From assembly GCA_964526345.1 (NCBI GenBank), contig CAZGKI010000009.1:2425-66424 (forward strand): a stretch of 64,000 nucleotides of DNA. The letters run 5' to 3'. Within the stretch, counting starts at the first letter, position 1, and every line of letters begins with the position of its first letter. The position numbers and the translations under genes are program-made. The notes below the pieces were generated by a model. The model saw nothing but the letters and a program-made list of their open reading frames with translations, ran no database searches and was not told the origin of the DNA. This document shows positions 30,183 through 38,853 of the stretch, piece after piece. The stretch is from an uncultured Rikenellaceae bacterium (GTDB lineage: Bacteria > Bacteroidota > Bacteroidia > Bacteroidales > VadinHA17).

Positions 30183-30554
30183 ATGAGGAGAAATATACTC
30201 TTTGCCATTTGTATTATTTTTTCAATTACCCTTCAGGCCCAGAAGGATAGTGCTGTTTTTGCTTTAAATCCACAACATAAAGTTATTCCCAGAGAAAGCG
30301 GGAATATAAATATCAAAATTTATCCTGTACCGATCAGGGAAGATTATTTTACCGTCAGAAGCGAAAAGGAAATTTCATTTATTAAAGTTACGAATATCAT
30401 AGGGCAGGATATATACAAAGCTCAATACAATAATCCACTGACTATCACCAAGGTCTATCTTGACAATCCCAAAAGAGGAATGTATCTTGTTACTGTTATT
30501 TTCAGCGATGGGGTAAGAGTAGTAAAGAAAATTTTGATAGAACATTCCGAATAG
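30183..30554 (+). CDS. Small protein: signal peptide + T9SS type A C-terminal sorting domain only
   Basis: SPI-like MRRNILFAICIIFSITLQAQ; CTD-like IKIYPVP, NIIGQ, GMYLV, KKILI. Confidence 0.72.
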   Translation: MRRNILFAICIIFSITLQAQKDSAVFALNPQHKVIPRESGNINIKIYPVPIREDYFTVRSEKEISFIKVTNIIGQDIYKAQYNNPLTITKVYLDNPKRGMYLVTVIFSDGVRVVKKILIEHSE

Positions 30555-30708
30555 GTTATTATTAGGTGGCATAAATGCGGAGTTCGAGGGGAATAATCCG
30601 CTACAATAATATGGAACTTGTAATCTTTGACTGAGCTTGATAAACAATCATCTCTATAGGTTGTAATTCTTTCGGTGACATTTTTTGACAAAACAAGGAG
30701 TTTTTACC

Positions 30709-31608
30709 ATGGAAGAAGGAATTAATGTTTTTTCAATCAGGGATCTCGAAAATTTCTCAGGAATTAAAGCTCACACAATAAGGATATGGGAAAAAAGGTA
30801 CCATATACTTGAACCAGACAGAACCGATTCGAACATCAGGACATATAACGAATCAGAGCTAAAGAAAATCCTGAATGTTGCCTATCTTAACAGGAATGGC
30901 CTGAAGATCTCCAAGATAGCCAAACTTGACGAAGATGCCCTTAATCAGAAGGTAATGGCTGTCAGCAGCGGCAATGATGATCTTTACCAGGATTTCCAGC
31001 CGGGGAAGATCCTTATGTCGGCTATAAGGTTCAACGAAGAGAAGTTTACAGAGTCACTTCAGCCTTACATAAAAACAAAGGGAATTGAGGAAGCGTACTG
31101 CAAGTACTTTCACCCTTTGCTGGAGAAAGCGAGGATCCTCTGGCAGACAGGAAGTCTCTCGAGAGCACAGGAGCAATTTATCAGAAACATATTCAAGCAA
31201 ATCATTATTGTGGAAGATAACCTGCTCAGACCATGGACAGGAAAATCAAAACCTTCGGTTGCCATGATAAACACATCAGAGGATCTCACTGACAATAATT
31301 TCCTGTTCTACAAGTATGTGCTTAAAAAGCGTGGCTTTGACGTTATTTTCACAGGGGGGATTCTTCCCGCATCAGAGGTAATTGAGATATTCAAGATCAA
31401 ACCTTTCGAATATCTCGTTGTGAACTCAAGTGCATTCGATTTTGCGCAGAAAAAAATAGGATATTTCAGTAGCCTTGGAAAATCTCTGATGATAAAGAAA
31501 ATAATTCTGACAGATTCGCCTGAAGAGAAGGGGAAGAAATATGACGACAAGCTCATAATTACTCATAATCCAGCAGATTTTATTAACTGCATAGAAGGAT
31601 TGCGGTAA
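30709..31608 (+). CDS. MerR-family regulator, CarH/LitR-like architecture with degenerate B12-binding domain
   Basis: FSIRDLENFSGIKAHTIRIWEKRY HTH; LWQTG-x-QEQF helical region; GFDVIFTG Rossmann-like region. Confidence 0.8.
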   Translation: MEEGINVFSIRDLENFSGIKAHTIRIWEKRYHILEPDRTDSNIRTYNESELKKILNVAYLNRNGLKISKIAKLDEDALNQKVMAVSSGNDDLYQDFQPGKILMSAIRFNEEKFTESLQPYIKTKGIEEAYCKYFHPLLEKARILWQTGSLSRAQEQFIRNIFKQIIIVEDNLLRPWTGKSKPSVAMINTSEDLTDNNFLFYKYVLKKRGFDVIFTGGILPASEVIEIFKIKPFEYLVVNSSAFDFAQKKIGYFSSLGKSLMIKKIILTDSPEEKGKKYDDKLIITHNPADFINCIEGLR

Positions 31609-31632
31609 TATTCTGCCCGTAGCCTGCTCTTA

Positions 31633-31707
31633 TCAAAATTCAATCCTCACACCGATAGCTGGTAAAACTGTGCCTGATTGTTTAAAAGGTTTTTGAATCA
31701 GATGAAA
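31633..31707 (-). pseudogene. Possible C-terminal remnant of an outer-membrane beta-barrel (TonB-dependent receptor-like) gene
   Basis: Startless 24-codon frame FHLIQKPFKQSGTVLPAIGVRIEF-stop, alternating hydrophobic final strand ending in Phe. Confidence 0.35.
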
Positions 31708-31714
31708 TTATAAT

Positions 31715-32701
31715 TTAAGTTCCCAGGAGATCGAGAAAATATCTGCGTTCGGCATTCAGGTCGATTGAAGGAATCCGGGAGAGGATTGAATCGATTAAGG
31801 AGAGATTTTTTTCAGCAAATTTTTTTTTGCCTGCATCCGAATCCAATAAAAACCTATGGGAAGTTGCCATGGTTATCCTGTTAATCTCATTCCATATGGC
31901 TCTGGTATCATCATTAAGGTAGCACTGTGAAAAGGCTTCCCATATGTATTCTTTTGCAAGCTGCGATGGATGAAGCATGTCATCGGCATAAAAACGATAA
32001 TCGCGAAGATCATCCATAAGTATTTCATAAGCAGGGAAATAACCAGTTACTGAAGAGTGATGAAGCAACTCTTCAACAGCCAGGAACAATACAGATTTAC
32101 TAACCTGATTCCCATGAGCTCCATCTTTCCAGTGTCGTACCGGGCTAATAGTAAAAACAATCCGGAGCTCCGGATAAAGAGTGCTAAGGTTATCAAGCTG
32201 CTTCGTCCAGCCCGCGACGATATCGTCTACAGTCAGCAGTTCGTGAATAAATTCAGCGGAAGGTATCTTATGACAATTTGATACAATCTTCCCCGATTTT
32301 TTCCACCTGTATATTCTTGCTGTTCCGAAAGTGACAAAAAGGAATCGTGCATTTTGAATGATTTTCCTTGCCATTTCTGATTTATCATTTATTTTTTTCA
32401 GGACTATTTCAGGTACTTCAGAAGAAAAATCACTATAATGATTGAAGCTTACCCACCTGCCGTTATAATTGCAAAGGTCATTAATTGTATATTCTCGTTT
32501 GCCGGTAATATTATCGAGTGTATTTATAACAGAAACAGGATTATAAACTGTTCCTGAAGGATTAACCATTACAGGCATATGTCCCGCTTCAAATTTTTCA
32601 CCTATAGAAGCTGAAAAACAAGAGCCGATGAACAATGCAGGATCTTTATATGTGATCTTTGCAGAGGAAGGTATAATATTGAATGTTGTCCTTAGTTCCA
32701 T
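31715..32701 (-). CDS. GSCFA domain-containing protein (SGNH-like)
   Basis: FIGSCFS, GTVYNPVS, FTISPVRH, YFPAYEILMDDLRDYRFY, DMLHPS; likely ATG at 32701. Confidence 0.9.
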   Translation of the reverse strand: MELRTTFNIIPSSAKITYKDPALFIGSCFSASIGEKFEAGHMPVMVNPSGTVYNPVSVINTLDNITGKREYTINDLCNYNGRWVSFNHYSDFSSEVPEIVLKKINDKSEMARKIIQNARFLFVTFGTARIYRWKKSGKIVSNCHKIPSAEFIHELLTVDDIVAGWTKQLDNLSTLYPELRIVFTISPVRHWKDGAHGNQVSKSVLFLAVEELLHHSSVTGYFPAYEILMDDLRDYRFYADDMLHPSQLAKEYIWEAFSQCYLNDDTRAIWNEINRITMATSHRFLLDSDAGKKKFAEKNLSLIDSILSRIPSIDLNAERRYFLDLLGT

Positions 32702-32720
32702 AAAATCCAAGAAATCACCA

Positions 32721-33542
32721 TCAGGCAATTCTGGCATTTATCCAGTTTACCAGATATGCAAACACCTCATTTTTAAATACTTCATTATGAATTTCGTGAT
32801 AACCTCCTTCCCAGACTTTTAATTCTGCCATGCCGGTTTTTGCAGCAAACTCCCGGCTCCCTTCCGGAGAGCAGATCATATCATCACTGCCATGCATAAT
32901 CAGAAGAGGGACTTTTAGATCAGATGCGTGAGCCAGAGAATACTCAGCTGCGCTCACTGCACTGTGAAACAGACTGACAGATATCCTGTCATGAACAAGT
33001 GGATCAGAAATATATTTTTCAACTACTTCCCTGTCGCGGGATAAATGGTCCACAACCAGGCCTGATGGCTGAACAAGACCTGGCAACAGGCTTTTCATGG
33101 CCGATGCCAGGATGATTTTGATTTTGGCTGGCTCAAATGAGAGTTTAAGCCAGGGTGATGTGACAATTGATCCCTTTATAGAAGGATTTTTCCTGAGTAT
33201 ATAATCGAGTACTATCCCGCCGCCCAGACTATCCCCGTATAAAAAAACAGGAATCGAAGGAAAAGTCATGCTTACACTGTTAAGAAGGATATCAATCATT
33301 TCATCTGTAAGAGCATAGCTTTTAATATACCCCCGTTTCCCGTCTGATCGTCCATGACCTGGCAGATCGACTCCTGTAAATCCAATCCCCTCATTACTCA
33401 GCAAATCAGCCCATGAAGTATATCTAAATATATGCTCTCCGAGACCATGAACAAATATTACTACAGCTCTTGTATTTTCTCCGGGAGTGGTTATAAAACC
33501 TCGTAAAACCTGCCCGTTTTTCAGCTTAATGTTATAATCCAT
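32721..33542 (-). CDS. Alpha/beta hydrolase, lysophospholipase/monoglyceride lipase family
   Basis: VHGLGEH, DLPGHGRSDG, GDSLGG nucleophile elbow, HGSDD, YHEIHNE. Confidence 0.88.
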   Translation of the reverse strand: MDYNIKLKNGQVLRGFITTPGENTRAVVIFVHGLGEHIFRYTSWADLLSNEGIGFTGVDLPGHGRSDGKRGYIKSYALTDEMIDILLNSVSMTFPSIPVFLYGDSLGGGIVLDYILRKNPSIKGSIVTSPWLKLSFEPAKIKIILASAMKSLLPGLVQPSGLVVDHLSRDREVVEKYISDPLVHDRISVSLFHSAVSAAEYSLAHASDLKVPLLIMHGSDDMICSPEGSREFAAKTGMAELKVWEGGYHEIHNEVFKNEVFAYLVNWINARIA

Positions 33543-33820
33543 AGCTTTTTTTTTTAAAAGTACTAAAGTTGATCCAATAATTTATCCTGTGCCAGGATAT
33601 TCTTACGGGTAAAACTGTCAGGATTTTTTAAGGATCAATAAAAGTAATTTATAAATAATTTATAACACTGTTAATATTTTTCAGATATATCCCTCATTAC
33701 CTGATATTTTACCGGCCGGTTTGTTTAGAAGAGAGCTAGAATATAGGGATTTTAAGATATTAAGATTTGCATATCTTTTATTATGGGTTTAAATTTGCTT
33801 AAACATTAATACAAAGAGTT

Positions 33821-34327
33821 ATGACAACAGTTGAATTCAATACCAGTCTGATCGGAATGAAACCTAATCTTCAAAGATTTGCCATGAGTCTTACTTCTGA
33901 TCGGGACACGGCATTGGACCTTGTCCAGGACACATATCTCAAAGCAATAACCTATAAAGATAAATTTGTTGATTATACAAATCTCAAGGCCTGGGTATTT
34001 ACTATTATGAAAAACACATTCATAAATAACTACAGGCGCAATGTAAAAGAAAACACAATAATAGACGGGACCCAGGACCTCTACTATCTTAACCAGCCTG
34101 GCGACAAAGGATTCATTTCTCCCGAGTCGCAGTATGCTGAAGGGGAGATTGAGAAGGCTATTGATTCACTCGAAGATGAATTCAGGATACCGTTCAGAAT
34201 GCACCTGAATGGTTTTAAATATAAAGAGATCGCTGATGATCTTGGATTAAAGATAGGTACCGTTAAAAGCAGGATCTTCTTTACCAGGCAGAAACTTATG
34301 CTAATGTTACAGGATTACGTCAGATAG
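33821..34327 (+). CDS. ECF RNA polymerase sigma factor, no adjacent anti-sigma
   Basis: DLVQDTYLK, NLKAWVFTIMKNTFINNYRR (region 2), GFKYKEIA..LGLKIGTVKSRIF (region 4). Confidence 0.92.
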   Translation: MTTVEFNTSLIGMKPNLQRFAMSLTSDRDTALDLVQDTYLKAITYKDKFVDYTNLKAWVFTIMKNTFINNYRRNVKENTIIDGTQDLYYLNQPGDKGFISPESQYAEGEIEKAIDSLEDEFRIPFRMHLNGFKYKEIADDLGLKIGTVKSRIFFTRQKLMLMLQDYVR

Positions 34328-34377
34328 TTATTCATTTTAAGTATGGTTTGGTTTTGGAGAAAGAGGTTGAAAAATTT

Positions 34378-35430
34378 TCAGCCTCTTTTTATTGTCCTGA
34401 ATATAATCCCCGCAATTACAAACAAAAGGAAAGCACCTGACACTATCCATGCCCACCTGTTAGGGATCCTGGATTCTGCGTACATGGTATAGGGCTCTGT
34501 AAGAAAATAATCTGATTGTACCGGCCATAGCAGGGTCTTTGCAGAATCGAGTATTCCATTGGTACCTATCATTTCGCCCGGCATTATAATCTTCACGGTA
34601 TAGGGTTTAAAATCGGCAAAAAGCATCTCCGTTACCATATTCATGGAAGAATCAGCCTCTGCCTTATATTTCATGGCTTTAGTTTCACCAATGAATTCTC
34701 TCAAAAGAATACCGTTCTTCCAGAGACTGTCAAACTTGGAATCATTCTGTTGAACAAGTCTTACTATTTCATCTTCACGCCCTTTAAGTGATTTAAATAG
34801 TGTATCGCCGTTGCTTTTATTTTTAGCCAGATTTTCAAAGTCGTTTATCCATTCCGAGACAAGACTTTTTGTCGTCCATTCATCCTGCTTTTTATTGACA
34901 GAATCTTTCAGGGCTTTGTATTTCAGACTATCCGCACTGTTTTCTTCTTTGGATTTTATATCATCAGGAGAATAGAAATAGGAAAGCTCCTCCTGATTCA
35001 TAAATTCAGAAACAGGATATCCATACGATAATCTTTTATCAATCACTTCCGCAAACCTGTATTCAGTATTAAACCATTTGAATCTTTTTCTGAATTCAGC
35101 ACTCCTTGTAATGTGCCTATTAGCTCCACTGTCTGTCTTGTATGACAGATTTATTTCAGCAGCATTTTTAAAGAGTTTCTCGGCGCGTTTAATCCAGGTT
35201 GTATCGCCCTTTTCACCTAACTCGATCGAATCTCTTATACTCCAGGTACTGTCTAATGGCACCTGCAGATCAGATATCTTGAATTTGTTTTCATTATTTC
35301 TCATTTCTATCTTCCTTGTCACAGATCCATCGGTATGGACAATATCAGTAACGACAGTCTCCGGTTCATCACACGACATTATCATGACCAGAATAAAAGA
35401 GAAAATGAGTCTGATGGTTTTATTTTTCAT
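34378..35430 (-). CDS. Putative lipoprotein with additional C-terminal TM anchor
   Basis: Lipobox-like IMSC at residue 20; C-terminal WAWIVSGAFLLFVIAGIIF followed by RTIKRG. Confidence 0.7.
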   Translation of the reverse strand: MKNKTIRLIFSFILVMIMSCDEPETVVTDIVHTDGSVTRKIEMRNNENKFKISDLQVPLDSTWSIRDSIELGEKGDTTWIKRAEKLFKNAAEINLSYKTDSGANRHITRSAEFRKRFKWFNTEYRFAEVIDKRLSYGYPVSEFMNQEELSYFYSPDDIKSKEENSADSLKYKALKDSVNKKQDEWTTKSLVSEWINDFENLAKNKSNGDTLFKSLKGREDEIVRLVQQNDSKFDSLWKNGILLREFIGETKAMKYKAEADSSMNMVTEMLFADFKPYTVKIIMPGEMIGTNGILDSAKTLLWPVQSDYFLTEPYTMYAESRIPNRWAWIVSGAFLLFVIAGIIFRTIKRG

Positions 35431-35434
35431 CGTA

Positions 35435-35980
35435 TTATAAATTAAGTTTTTTTATATTTATTTCATTCAGTTTTTCTTCCACATATTTTTTCAGTTCAGG
35501 ATTTTCATCAATCAGCTTTAGCAGATCCCTGTACCTTGAGTTCAATTCTCCGTACGAATCTATAAGCTGTTCTATTTGTTTTTGGGAGAGGGAAATATTT
35601 CCGGATCGGATCTTTCTGCCGGTGAACTCATAGAATAATAATTTTCCTTCCAGGTTATTTGATGTTCCGCTGAACAACTGGCTTTCTATCAGCATGGTCT
35701 GTCTGTCGAGGTTATTAACGCGTCTCAGTATGATAGCCTGCTGATAAGCAAATAATGCAACAATTAAAACAGAAGCAGCAATGAGTCCTCTCCTGATCCA
35801 ACTGACATATACCCAGCCAAACAGGTAACTGGAAAGAGTATTTCCCGGCGATTTTGTCTGCCGGCATTCTTCAATCCTTTTCATCACCTCATCCTCTATT
35901 TCATCCAATCCCGTTAAGACCGGTTTTGATTTACGCAACAGCTTAAGGATTCTTTCAAATTTTATATCTTCATTAATCAT
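35435..35980 (-). CDS. Single-TM protein, putative anti-sigma factor
   Basis: Overlaps the ECF sigma stop; cytoplasmic N-terminus, TM GLIAASVLIVALFAY, helical C-terminus. Confidence 0.6.
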   Translation of the reverse strand: MINEDIKFERILKLLRKSKPVLTGLDEIEDEVMKRIEECRQTKSPGNTLSSYLFGWVYVSWIRRGLIAASVLIVALFAYQQAIILRRVNNLDRQTMLIESQLFSGTSNNLEGKLLFYEFTGRKIRSGNISLSQKQIEQLIDSYGELNSRYRDLLKLIDENPELKKYVEEKLNEINIKKLNL

Positions 35981-36527
35981 TACAGATGATTTTTTTAATC
36001 ATATCACCAATGTTTTTCCTTGCATAATACAGGTTAGCTTTAACATTTTCGCGGCTTAAACCTGTAATTTCCGATATCTCTTCATTATTCATTTCTTCCA
36101 GGGCACTCAGAATGAAGACTGCTTTTTGCCTGGGGCTAAGCTTTTCAGTAAGTATATTAATCAGAGCTGCCATTTCATTGTTTTCAAGTTCTGATAGGTC
36201 CTCTTCCGGTGTATGGTTGGAAAGAAATGCCCATGTTTTTTCATCAAGTGTGATCTCCTGCTTCTGTTTATTTACTCTCAGATGATCGTAAGATTTGTTA
36301 ATTACTATTTTATATACCCATGTTTTAAAAGTATCCGGTGTTCTTAATGTATTCAGTTTTCTCCAGATCGTGATAAGTGTTTCCTGTAAAATATCCTTCG
36401 CCTGTTCATCATTGACGGTCATCCTGAAAGCTACAGAGTAAACAAAAGGGGAAACCTCAACGATAAGCTTTCTGAAATTGCTCATATTCCCATTTCTGCA
36501 CTCTTCTATCAGTTCCCGGTCAATCAA
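35973..36527 (-). CDS. ECF RNA polymerase sigma factor
   Basis: AKDILQET, FKTWVYKIVINKSYDHLR, LSPRQKAVFIL, EISEITG...VKANLYYARK. Confidence 0.92.
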   Translation of the reverse strand: MIDRELIEECRNGNMSNFRKLIVEVSPFVYSVAFRMTVNDEQAKDILQETLITIWRKLNTLRTPDTFKTWVYKIVINKSYDHLRVNKQKQEITLDEKTWAFLSNHTPEEDLSELENNEMAALINILTEKLSPRQKAVFILSALEEMNNEEISEITGLSRENVKANLYYARKNIGDMIKKIICND

Positions 36528-36551
36528 CTTGCCTGAAGTTTTCTTATATAA

Positions 36552-36576
36552 AGACGTAATTTTAACGCCAAGGTAA
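36552..36576 (-). promoter_or_regulatory. ECF-type promoter upstream of the ECF operon (possible autoregulation)
   Basis: TTACC-N15-CGTCT; CGTC is a common ECF -10 motif. Confidence 0.4.
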
Positions 36577-36619
36577 AAAACATATAGTAATTTTATTGTG
36601 AATTTTCAAATAAACCATT

Positions 36620-37024
36620 ATGCAAAAGATAATTACGCTAAGGACAGACAGGAAGTACGGGTTATATGATATTACTTCCAGGGTCAGTGAGATCATTAAG
36701 GAGAGTAAGGTCAGGAATGGCATTGCATCGGTATATGCAAGGGGATCGACAGCTGCAATTATGATACAGGAGAATTGGGATCAGTCTGTTCAGAATGATG
36801 TGGTGACACTGCTGAACAGGCTTATACCTCCCGGTATCTGGGAGCATGATCGCCAGGATAACAACGGGGATGCTCATCTCAAAGCAGGATTGGTTGGCGC
36901 TTCTGAGACAATCCCGGTCGTTGACGGAACTGCGGGTTTATCGACCTGGCAGAATATCTTTTTTTGCGAATTTGATGGCCCGAGGAACCAGAGGGAAATT
37001 GTTGTAACAGTTATTGGCGATTGA
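36620..37024 (+). CDS. yjbQ: YjbQ/UPF0047 family protein
   Basis: STAAIMIQEN, NGDAHLKA, GLSTWQNIFFCEFDGPR. Confidence 0.88.
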   Translation: MQKIITLRTDRKYGLYDITSRVSEIIKESKVRNGIASVYARGSTAAIMIQENWDQSVQNDVVTLLNRLIPPGIWEHDRQDNNGDAHLKAGLVGASETIPVVDGTAGLSTWQNIFFCEFDGPRNQREIVVTVIGD

Positions 37025-37050
37025 GAAAAATTGATTTGTGTTTTTCAGTT

Positions 37051-37110
37051 ACACAGAGAACCACAGAGAATACACAACTTGTCCCGATTTATCGGGAGAG
37101 GGGCACAGAG
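37051..37110. repeat. CACAGAG ~10-bp tandem repeat with a nested 21-nt palindromic insertion
   Basis: CACAGAG at 37052, 37062 and 37104; a further copy is split as CACA|ACTTG-TCCCGATTTATCGGGA|GAG. Confidence 0.7.
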
Positions 37111-37134
37111 TTAATATTAATATACCTTAAAAAA

Positions 37135-38082
37135 TCACTTAGAACAGGACCTGGTTACATCAGCTATATTTCTGACCAGGCTCTCGTATTTCACTCTTCC
37201 CATTGCTGATCGCTTGAAATTCTTCTCATATTTATCTTTTGAGAGCGATTTCCAGTCCGAAAGGCTCATATTTGCAATTTCTTCATTAATTTCAAGCTCA
37301 GTATGACTATTGGGGACAGCATGCCGGTTCCATGGGCAGACTTCCTGGCACCTGTCGCAGCCATATACCCTTCTTCCGAGTTTCGGAATAAGTTCTTCCG
37401 GAATTGCTCCTCTGTTTTCTATTGTCAGATTAGCTATACATTTTCTTGCATCTATAGTACGGTTATTATTAATTGCCCCGGTAGGACATTCATCTATGCA
37501 TAAACGGCATTCACCACAAAAGTCACTGGTGAATGGCATATCATAAACCAGAGGAATATTAAGAACCAGTGTGCCAATAAAAAAGAAGGAACCGATTTCT
37601 TTATTTATAACAATGGAATGTTTTCCCTGCCATCCCAGGCCGGCTTCTTGTGCCCAGGCTTTTTCAAGAAGGGGCGCCGAATCGACAAATGCCATACCTT
37701 CAGCCTGTGGTTCTGCAGACTTTATAAAATCCAGCAATTTGAGCAGTTTTTTCAAGATAACATCATGATAATCTGCGCCATATGTATATCTTGAGATTAT
37801 GGGGGCATTCAAATCGAGTTGCTTGTTTTCTGAATAATAACTAAGTCCTGTAACAACCAGTGACTTTGCACCACTGACAAGATATCCCGGATCAAGTCTT
37901 TTCTCAAAGTTCCTTTCAAGGTAATACATCTTATCATTCATACCTTCCGCGCACCATGCTTTCAGTATAGATCCATTTTCAGAAAGAGTCCTGGATTCAG
38001 CAATACCACAGAGGTCAAAACCAAGCTTAATGGCTTTATTCTTAATTGCGGAAGATAGTAATGTATCTTCTGAAGGTATCAT
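37135..38082 (-). CDS. queG: tRNA epoxyqueuosine(34) reductase
   Basis: GFDLCGIA, ISRYTYGADYH, VDSAPLLEK, CGECRLCIDECPTGA, GCDRCQEVCPWN. Confidence 0.93.
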   Translation of the reverse strand: MIPSEDTLLSSAIKNKAIKLGFDLCGIAESRTLSENGSILKAWCAEGMNDKMYYLERNFEKRLDPGYLVSGAKSLVVTGLSYYSENKQLDLNAPIISRYTYGADYHDVILKKLLKLLDFIKSAEPQAEGMAFVDSAPLLEKAWAQEAGLGWQGKHSIVINKEIGSFFFIGTLVLNIPLVYDMPFTSDFCGECRLCIDECPTGAINNNRTIDARKCIANLTIENRGAIPEELIPKLGRRVYGCDRCQEVCPWNRHAVPNSHTELEINEEIANMSLSDWKSLSKDKYEKNFKRSAMGRVKYESLVRNIADVTRSCSK

Positions 38083-38093
38083 AATATGTGTTA

Positions 38094-38414
38094 TTAAAGG
38101 AACCCAAGCTCAAGTTTTGCTTCATCACTTAGCATACTCTTGTCCCATGGAGGATTAAATGTAAGTTTCAGGTCGACCTCTTTTACTCCACGTGTACCGC
38201 CGGCTTTATATTTTACTTCTTCAACCAGCTGGTCAGCCATAGGGCAATTAGGAGCCGTTAGCGTCATTGTAATATGTGCAATTTGATCATCATCAACATC
38301 TATGCTGTAAATTAGCCCGAGGTCATAAATATTTACAGGTATTTCAGGGTCATAAATGCTTTTCAGCACTCCCACTAACCTGGTTTCTATATCAAGCTGT
38401 TCAGATGCATCCAT
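38094..38414 (-). CDS. sufT: Fe-S cluster assembly protein, DUF59/SufT family
   Basis: YDPEIPVNIYDLGL, MTLTAPNCP, FNPPW. Confidence 0.88.
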   Translation of the reverse strand: MDASEQLDIETRLVGVLKSIYDPEIPVNIYDLGLIYSIDVDDDQIAHITMTLTAPNCPMADQLVEEVKYKAGGTRGVKEVDLKLTFNPPWDKSMLSDEAKLELGFL

Positions 38415-38415
38415 T

Positions 38416-38844
38416 TCATTTAGATTTTTGTTTTACATTATATGCCAGTGCATACAGTTTAATCTGCCTGACCATCGAAAGAAGGCCGTTTGATCTGGTT
38501 GGTGACAGATTTTGTCTTAGCCCTATCCTGTCGATGAAATAGAGTTCAGCCGAGATTATCTCATCAGGTGTCCGGTTTGAAAGAACCCTTATAAGCAAGG
38601 CAATAATACCTCTGGTTATGATTGCATCGCTGTCGGCCGAAAAATATATTTTATTGCCGTCAAATTCCGGATGAAGCCATACTTTTGACTGGCATCCTTC
38701 AATCAGAAAATCCTTGATCTTGAATTTCGGATCTATCAGCGGCAGGTCTTTACCAATATCAATAAGCAGGTTATATTTATCCATCCAGTCATCAAAAACT
38801 GAAAACTCCTCAATAATTATATCCTGAGTCTCGCTGATAGTCAT
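38416..38844 (-). CDS. sufE: Cysteine desulfuration protein SufE
   Basis: IEGCQSKVW, ADSDAIITRG, LSPTRSNGL. Confidence 0.94.
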   Translation of the reverse strand: MTISETQDIIIEEFSVFDDWMDKYNLLIDIGKDLPLIDPKFKIKDFLIEGCQSKVWLHPEFDGNKIYFSADSDAIITRGIIALLIRVLSNRTPDEIISAELYFIDRIGLRQNLSPTRSNGLLSMVRQIKLYALAYNVKQKSK

Positions 38845-38853
38845 AACTTAATC

